Under the pieces are notes generated by a model. That model was not told the DNA's origin and did no database searches. It saw only the letters and a program-made list of their open reading frames with translations. This document shows positions 57,760 through 64,000 of a stretch of DNA of 64,000 nt, one piece after another (the first letter of the stretch is position 1; the number at the start of each line of letters is the position of its first letter). The stretch is from a bacterium (GTDB lineage Bacteria; UBA8248): the NCBI GenBank assembly GCA_965207065.1, contig OZ242260.1:2784001-2848000 (forward strand), read 5' to 3'. A program made the translations under genes and the position numbers.

Positions 57760-58650
57760 CTATAAGTATTCGCGGAACCAAGCCGTCGTTTCCGTGAGAG
57801 CCATCTCGAAGAGTTCCGGGTTGTTCACCTGGTAGACGTCGTTGTGGCGTCCCCTGGGAAGCATGACGATTTTCTTTGGCTCGCCGCAGGCCGCGTAGCA
57901 GGCGTGCGCTTCTGAGGGAGGAACCATGACGTCTTCTTCCCCGTAGATGAACAGGACGGGCCGGGGCGAGATTTTGCCGACCACCCATTCGGGGCGATAG
58001 CGAAAACAAGCCTCCACGCTTTCGAGGTCGAGTTCGAGCACCTCCTCGGAGCCGTGTTCTTCCAGCGTCATCGGGGGTTTGGGGTTGTCCGGGTCGTCGC
58101 TGTAGATATCGTGGCGGATGATGGTTTCCCGCTCGTTGGTGGTGACGCGCTTGCGGGCGGCTTCCCGTACCCGGGACTGGAAGGCGAGCCATTCATAAGG
58201 CCTCCTCAATGTCTTCAGCCAACGCTCGCCGTCATGCACTCCCACGGCGGAGACGGTCGCCTTCACGCGCTCATCGAACGCCGCGGCCCAGATGGCGTGA
58301 GCACCCCCAAAACTCGTGCCGTACAGGCCGATTCGCTCGGGGTCCACGCCTTCTACGGTTTGCAGACAGGTGATTCCGTCGTAGGTGTCCTGGGCCTGTT
58401 CCAGCGGGCGGTGGCGTCCGCGAGCGCCCTCGCTCACACCGTAGCCGCGATAATCGGGCGCAAGGGTGAAAAACCCCGCTTTGCTCAAGTGGGTGGGCAT
58501 GTCGATTGTGGCCAGGTTCTTTCGTCCGCTGTATCCTGTCACGCAGACGATTCCCGGTCGAGGCGGGTCACCGGGTTTCCAGTTGTCCGGGCGGTACAGA
58601 TGCGCGGCGATTTTGAGGCCGTCGCTGAAATAAGTGATATCTTCGTGCAT
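57760..58650 (-). CDS. Alpha/beta hydrolase
   Basis: DYRGYG.SEG, nucleophile GTSFG, D..VP, G.H. Confidence 0.88.
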   Translation of the reverse strand: MHEDITYFSDGLKIAAHLYRPDNWKPGDPPRPGIVCVTGYSGRKNLATIDMPTHLSKAGFFTLAPDYRGYGVSEGARGRHRPLEQAQDTYDGITCLQTVEGVDPERIGLYGTSFGGAHAIWAAAFDERVKATVSAVGVHDGERWLKTLRRPYEWLAFQSRVREAARKRVTTNERETIIRHDIYSDDPDNPKPPMTLEEHGSEEVLELDLESVEACFRYRPEWVVGKISPRPVLFIYGEEDVMVPPSEAHACYAACGEPKKIVMLPRGRHNDVYQVNNPELFEMALTETTAWFREYL

Positions 58651-58860
58651 TTTAGTTTCCTTTTTAATGTATTAAATTACAATTGATTAGAGAATACCGG
58701 GTTTTTGACACACAGGGCTACTGCTGATAGGAGTAAGAAGGCATACAATACACGGTCTTTCTCGAATTTCCGAGAAACTGACGTTCCTGGAAAAGCCGCA
58801 TGGGAAGTATGTCACGGAAAGTTTGGCGCCGCCGCTTGTAGAGGAGATACTGATTAAATC

Positions 58861-60186
58861 ATGTCTCGTCAAAAAATCTTCCTCATTCTTGCCGTTCTGG
58901 TTCTTGTAGTAGGCGTAGCGATCACGAAGTTGCTGATCGAGAATCGACCAGAACCCGAGACAGTGACTCCCACCGCACCACGCAGATTCGTCAGGACCAT
59001 GCTCTTGAAAAAACAGGACAAAACCTTCTGGGTCAATGGGTTCGGAACCGTTCGGCCCAAAACGGAGCTTTCCATCGTGCCTGAAGTATCCGGGAAAGTG
59101 GTCATGCGATCATCTGGGTTCAGGACCGGCGGCTTCATCAAGAAAGGGGATGTGCTTTTCCGAATCGACCCTGCGGATTACAAACTCGCCATCGAGCGGC
59201 GAAAAGCGGAAATCGCGCAACTCAGAGCCGATATCGCTCGATTGAGGCAGGAGGAGAAGAATCACCAGGCCGATCTGGACATCACCGAACGCCATATGGA
59301 GTTAGTTGCTCAGGAAATGGAACGCAACGAAAGATTGCGAAGACAAGGCGTTATTTCTTCTGGTCAATACGATCAGTCCCAACAGAATTTCCTCAGGCAG
59401 GAGAGAACGGTTCAGTCTATCAGGAACATGCTGGCGCTGCTGCCCGTTCAGTTGAGACAGAAACGCGCGGCGTTGAGAGCGAACCAATCGGAACTCAAAA
59501 GAGCGACTCTGCAATTGTCTCGGACCAAAATCGTGGCTCCTTTTGATGCTCGGGTGCGAGAGACGGGTTTGGAAATAGGAGATTTCGCCAGTGCGGGTAA
59601 ATCCGTGGGCAAAATTTATGATGTTTCAGCACTGGAAGTCCCTGTTTCACTGCCGGTTGAGGATGCGCGCTGGGCGTTTCGCCGTATTCGGGAAGTATCC
59701 TTTCCCCGTAGCCAAGAAGAGGTAAAGCCTTTTTTCCCCGCTGCCAGGGTATCCTGGAGTCAGTTCGGCAAAAAGTTTGAATGGACTGGGCGGGTGTCTC
59801 TCGTGGATTCCGGGCTGGATGAGTCCACGCGCGCGCTCACACTCGTAGTTGAAATTTCTGAACCCATGAAAAATTGGATATCTGGAGAGCACCCTCCCCT
59901 TTTTGTGGGGATGTTCGTTGAAGTGAAAATCGAAGGCATCACGATGCCAGGCGTGTTCGTCATTCCGCGCACCGCATTGCGTGAACGGGATCACGTTTAT
60001 TTGTTGGACGAAGGGAAATTAAGGATTCAAAAAGTGGAAGTCATTCGAAAAGCTCAGGATGGCGTCGTGATCAGAAATGGAGTGAGTGAAAACGCCCGTA
60101 TCATTCTTTCCGCTGTCCCCGAGCCCGTCTCCGGCATGATACTCAACGAACAAAACGGGATTCCTGGCGGGGCATCCACGCAATGA
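58861..60186 (+). CDS. RND efflux periplasmic adaptor subunit
   Basis: N-terminal anchor, PEVSGKV, long helical hairpin, I.APFD, GMFVEV, IPR.AL. Confidence 0.9.
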   Translation: MSRQKIFLILAVLVLVVGVAITKLLIENRPEPETVTPTAPRRFVRTMLLKKQDKTFWVNGFGTVRPKTELSIVPEVSGKVVMRSSGFRTGGFIKKGDVLFRIDPADYKLAIERRKAEIAQLRADIARLRQEEKNHQADLDITERHMELVAQEMERNERLRRQGVISSGQYDQSQQNFLRQERTVQSIRNMLALLPVQLRQKRAALRANQSELKRATLQLSRTKIVAPFDARVRETGLEIGDFASAGKSVGKIYDVSALEVPVSLPVEDARWAFRRIREVSFPRSQEEVKPFFPAARVSWSQFGKKFEWTGRVSLVDSGLDESTRALTLVVEISEPMKNWISGEHPPLFVGMFVEVKIEGITMPGVFVIPRTALRERDHVYLLDEGKLRIQKVEVIRKAQDGVVIRNGVSENARIILSAVPEPVSGMILNEQNGIPGGASTQ

Positions 60187-63100
60187 AGCAAATTCTGGCT
60201 TGGTCTGCACGCCATACCGTTTTCGCCAACCTTTTGATGGTGATAATGATAATCATCGGCGTTTTCGCCGTTTTTCAAATTCGCAGTGAATTGATCCCTC
60301 AATTCGCCCTAGATCGGGTTAGCGTCAAAGTAACGTGGGAGGGCGCGAGTCCCATGGAGGTGGAAGAGGGAGTTTGCATCAAAATCGAAGAAGCCTTGAC
60401 CGGTGTCGAGGGGGTAAAAAAAATCACTTCGGTTGCCTATGAAGGGCGATGTGAAATTGCAGCGGAACTGCATGCCTGGATCAAGAGTTCCCGGGATTTG
60501 ATGGAAGATATCAGAAGCGAAATCGACCGCATCAAAACATTGCCCGAGGATATAGAAAGGCCCATCGTTTCGGAAGTGAAGCGGATACTTCAGGTAATTG
60601 ACATCTCATTGTTTGGCAATGTTTCGGAAGAAGTCCTGAAACGAAAAGCCACGGAGATCAAAGATGAATTGCTGGAAATGCCCAACATTTCCAAAGTAGT
60701 TTTGAGCGGCTTGAGAGATTGGGAAATATCAATCGAAGTTTCAGAGGAGATGTTGCGCCGCTTTGGGCTCACTTTTGAGCGAGTTGGAAATATCATTCGC
60801 AAAAACGTGCTTGAACTCTCGGGTGGGGATATCCGTTCTGCGGAGCGAAGAATCAGAATCAGGACATTGGGGAAGCGTTACACGGGTCTGGAATTCGAGC
60901 GGCTTGAAATACTCACCCGACAAGACGGTACCATCTTGAGACTCGGTGATATTGCTCGAGTGGTCGACGCTTTTGAAGAAAGCGATAAAACGGGTCGGTT
61001 CGATGGGAAACCGGCTGCGCTCATCACGGTGTATAGAACCGATGAGGAAGATGCGCTTTCGATTTCTAAAGCAGCAGTTGGATACGTTAAGAAAAAGCGC
61101 GAGGAATTACCTGAAGGGTTGGATTTGGTCCATTGGGCGGATACCTCGCGTTTGATACAGGACCGGCTCGATCTTTTAATGAGAAACGGGCGCGTCGGAC
61201 TCGTTTTGGTTTTCTTCTCCATGTGGTTGTTTTTAAACATTCGTCTTTCATTTTGGGTGGCCATGGGAATTCCCGTCTCCCTGTTGACGGCGCTCGGTTT
61301 TTTGAATTTCACCGGCGGTACTCTCAATATGCTCTCGATGTTCGCCTTCATCATGGTTTTAGGGATACTGGTGGACGACGCCATTGTAGTGGCTGAAAAT
61401 ATCTATTCCCATATGGAAAGAGGGAAGAATCGCGTTCAGGCCGCTATCGACGGCTGTTATGAAGTTGTCCTGCCGGTTATCGCCACTGTCGTGACATCTA
61501 TTGTGGCTTTCGCTCCCTTGCTTATGGTGGAAGGAACTGTCGGGAAATTCATGGCGGTGCTTCCGGCGGCTATCATCGCCGCGTTAATCGCTTCTCTTAT
61601 CGAGTCATTATTTATTCTGCCGGCTCATTTGGGTCATTGGGTGAGGTCGCCCAGGTCGGGTGGAATATCAGCGCGCGTGAGGAAAGCCATCGATAGTGCA
61701 ATCAACTGGCTTATCTATCGGTTTTATGCGCCGATTCTGAAATTTTGTCTCAACGCCAGATATCTGGTCATCTCTCTGGCTTTGGTGGTTTTTATGGTGA
61801 CAGTAGGATTGGCTGTGGGTGGGCATGTGAGATTTTTGTTTTTCCCTAAGCTCGATTCCGATTGGGTGGAAGCCAGAATTCTGTTCCCTCCGGGAACCCC
61901 GATTCGGCAAACGCGAAACGCGGCGCAAAGGATTGAGCAGGCAGCCGTTGCCCTTGATGAGGTTTTTCGTTCGAAAACGGGTGAGCCGATCGTGAAACAT
62001 ATATTCACGACGCTGGGCGAGCAATTTGGCCAAAACCGTGAGCGTGTCGCGGGGGGCAGCCATATGGCGCATTTGATTGTGGAGTTGCTGCCCTCGGAGG
62101 CCAGAGGAATTAGTGGGGAGGAAATTACAAACCGCTGGCGCGAAAATACAGGAAAAATTCCGGATGTATTGAGCCTAACTTTCGGTTCCGGGAGAGCCGG
62201 CCCGCCTGGCGGTAAACCTATCGATGTGCAGTTCTATGGTGATGACATCGAGACATTGAGAAGTGTATCCACGGAATTCAAGCGGGAGTTAACAAAATAT
62301 CCTGGTATATATGACATTCAAGATGACTTCAGGCCCGGAAAGCTTGAATTCAGAACATCATTGAAGCCACAGGCGCGGGTGCTTGGCGTGAGCCTCGATG
62401 ACTTGGGGCGTCAGTTGCGCGCGCGCTTTTTCGGGCTGCAGGTCCTGCGTCTACAACGCGGCCGGGATGACGTGAAGGTCAAACTTCGCTATCCGCCCGA
62501 GGAGAGGCGCTCTATCGAAGACATCAGGAAAATGAGAGTCAGGGCGTCCTCAGGGGCCGAAATCCCTTTCCATGAGGTGGCGGAAGTCGAGATGGTTCAA
62601 GGGCTTGATGAAATCAGGCGTGTGTCCAGAGCAAGGGCGATCAACGTAACAGCTGAAATCAACCAGGGCCGGGCCAATCCCACCGAGGTTCTGAACGACT
62701 TGAAGGCGAATTTCTTCCCAAAGTTCCTGAACCGCCAAAACGGAGTAGGGGTTAGATTCGAAGGTCAGGCAAAAGAGACGCAGGAGTCATTCAACAGTCT
62801 GTTTCGCGCCTTTGCGCTAGCGATTGCCGTCATTTTTGCGATTTTGGCCACTCTGTTCAGAAGCTATTTCCAGCCCATAGTCGTCATGAGCGCGATTCCG
62901 TTTGGGATTGTTGGCGCCATTTGGGGGCATATCATCCTAGGGTACGATATCTCGATATTGAGTATGTTTGGCATCTTGGCGCTTACCGGGGTTGTGGTGA
63001 ATGACTCTTTGGTGCTTTTGGATTTCGCAAATCGGAGTATCAAAGACGGAATGCCGATAGAAGATGCGCTACAGCAGGCCGGTGTCGCAAGATGGAGAGC

Positions 63101-63371
63101 GATTGTTCTAACGACAATGACGACCGCCGCAGGATTGGGGCCGATGTTGTTCGAGAAAAGTTTTCAGGCGCAATTCTTGATTCCCATGGCGATTAGTCTG
63201 TGTTTCGGGCTGCTTTTCGCCACGGTGATAACGCTTGTTCTGGTTCCTGTAATCTCTTTAATTGGAAACGACTTCGGCCGGTTTTGGTGGCGTATATGGA
63301 CGGGCAAATGGCTTACGAGAGAAGAAGTGGATGTACATTCTCCGCAGAAAGAAGGAGAAATCCACGCCTGA
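60183..63371 (+). CDS. RND efflux permease (AcrB/AcrD/AcrF family)
   Basis: 1062 aa; GILVDDAIVVAENI, GVVVNDS, R.RAIVLT..TT..GL.P. Confidence 0.95.
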   Translation: MKQILAWSARHTVFANLLMVIMIIIGVFAVFQIRSELIPQFALDRVSVKVTWEGASPMEVEEGVCIKIEEALTGVEGVKKITSVAYEGRCEIAAELHAWIKSSRDLMEDIRSEIDRIKTLPEDIERPIVSEVKRILQVIDISLFGNVSEEVLKRKATEIKDELLEMPNISKVVLSGLRDWEISIEVSEEMLRRFGLTFERVGNIIRKNVLELSGGDIRSAERRIRIRTLGKRYTGLEFERLEILTRQDGTILRLGDIARVVDAFEESDKTGRFDGKPAALITVYRTDEEDALSISKAAVGYVKKKREELPEGLDLVHWADTSRLIQDRLDLLMRNGRVGLVLVFFSMWLFLNIRLSFWVAMGIPVSLLTALGFLNFTGGTLNMLSMFAFIMVLGILVDDAIVVAENIYSHMERGKNRVQAAIDGCYEVVLPVIATVVTSIVAFAPLLMVEGTVGKFMAVLPAAIIAALIASLIESLFILPAHLGHWVRSPRSGGISARVRKAIDSAINWLIYRFYAPILKFCLNARYLVISLALVVFMVTVGLAVGGHVRFLFFPKLDSDWVEARILFPPGTPIRQTRNAAQRIEQAAVALDEVFRSKTGEPIVKHIFTTLGEQFGQNRERVAGGSHMAHLIVELLPSEARGISGEEITNRWRENTGKIPDVLSLTFGSGRAGPPGGKPIDVQFYGDDIETLRSVSTEFKRELTKYPGIYDIQDDFRPGKLEFRTSLKPQARVLGVSLDDLGRQLRARFFGLQVLRLQRGRDDVKVKLRYPPEERRSIEDIRKMRVRASSGAEIPFHEVAEVEMVQGLDEIRRVSRARAINVTAEINQGRANPTEVLNDLKANFFPKFLNRQNGVGVRFEGQAKETQESFNSLFRAFALAIAVIFAILATLFRSYFQPIVVMSAIPFGIVGAIWGHIILGYDISILSMFGILALTGVVVNDSLVLLDFANRSIKDGMPIEDALQQAGVARWRAIVLTTMTTAAGLGPMLFEKSFQAQFLIPMAISLCFGLLFATVITLVLVPVISLIGNDFGRFWWRIWTGKWLTREEVDVHSPQKEGEIHA

Positions 63372-63546
63372 TATTATGCTTCATAGTTTTATCGAATGGA
63401 ACTACTTGCGGGAATGTATTTATTCAATTCCCCCAAAAGTTTGCTTTCATTATTGATTGTAATCTCGAATACGAATGAGTTTAGGAGAACAAGATTTTAT
63501 GTCCTCAGAATTTGATGTGCGCTACGGTGAAGAGGTAGGAGACAAG

Positions 63547-64000
63547 ATGGAAGCGGTCGTGATGACCGCACCTGAAAATTTGGAAATACAGTCCGTTCCC
63601 GTTCCGGAACCGGGCATCGGGGAAGTGCTCGTGAAAGTGGAATGCACCACGATTTGTGGTACAGACATAGAGATCATCAAAGGCGGTCACCTCCCCAACT
63701 GGCCGCCCCGGCTTCCGGCCATCCTGGGGCATGAATGGTCGGGCAGAATTGTGGCTATGGGCCCGATGACTGAGGGTTTCGGTCTCGGTATGGGTGATGC
63801 CGTGGCTGGGACGAGCCATGCTGGATGCGGTGCCTGTCGCATGTGCCTCATAGGCCGTTATAATCTCTGTTATAATTACGGGAATACAGTCACTGGTCAT
63901 AGGCAGTACGGGCATATCACGCAAGGCTCGTATGCGGAGTATGTCGTCAACAACATACGTGCGTTGCACAAAATGCCCGAGGGAATGTCGCTTGAGTATG
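63547..64000 (+). CDS. Zinc-binding alcohol dehydrogenase (MDR), N-terminal part running off the window
   Basis: Own translation MEAVVMTAPE...ICGTD...LGHEWSG...CGACRMCLIGRYNLC; absent from ORF track because it has no stop in the window. Confidence 0.9.
   Translation, partial: MEAVVMTAPENLEIQSVPVPEPGIGEVLVKVECTTICGTDIEIIKGGHLPNWPPRLPAILGHEWSGRIVAMGPMTEGFGLGMGDAVAGTSHAGCGACRMCLIGRYNLCYNYGNTVTGHRQYGHITQGSYAEYVVNNIRALHKMPEGMSLEY

Noticed and set aside
63505-63969. 154-aa minus-strand ORF
   Set aside because: Antisense shadow of the + strand zinc-dependent dehydrogenase starting at 63547.

Overview
GC-rich bacterial chromosome window with two halves. About 1-32.4 kb is housekeeping core on the + strand: RNase HI 3' end, RNase P RNA, ilvA-purH-folC-folP, a TauE-family exporter, panE-panB, a degenerate cobS-like gene, a dcw cluster (mraZ to ftsZ, with murB, without ddl), pgeF-yggS-proC-yggT-divIVA-yggU-mtnA and tRNA-Asp. 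This gene order suggests a diderm near Nitrospinota/Tectomicrobia/deltaproteobacterial lineages (inference only). After the tRNA lies an accessory mosaic: a split NitT/TauT ABC system, a CoA-transferase/cupin/FGE-fold group, a MauG-type peroxidase-cytochrome c-beta-propeller operon, orphan E1 alpha/beta genes, a Phd-ParE toxin-antitoxin pair, an adenine-deaminase-like/SDR/sugar-ABC cassette, a lower-GC RND block, and three patches of GTAG REP/REPIN/MITE-like repeats. Most notable: (1) three paralogous small membrane-anchored coiled-coil genes differing only by 7- or 11-residue indels, two with their own conserved promoters; (2) the His/Tyr MauG-type redox operon; (3) adenine deaminase and CobS homologs with remodelled active sites; (4) a second, inverted MraZ-box array. 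All functional calls come from motif recognition by eye; no searches were run. No CRISPR array, integrase, transposase or reverse transcriptase was seen.
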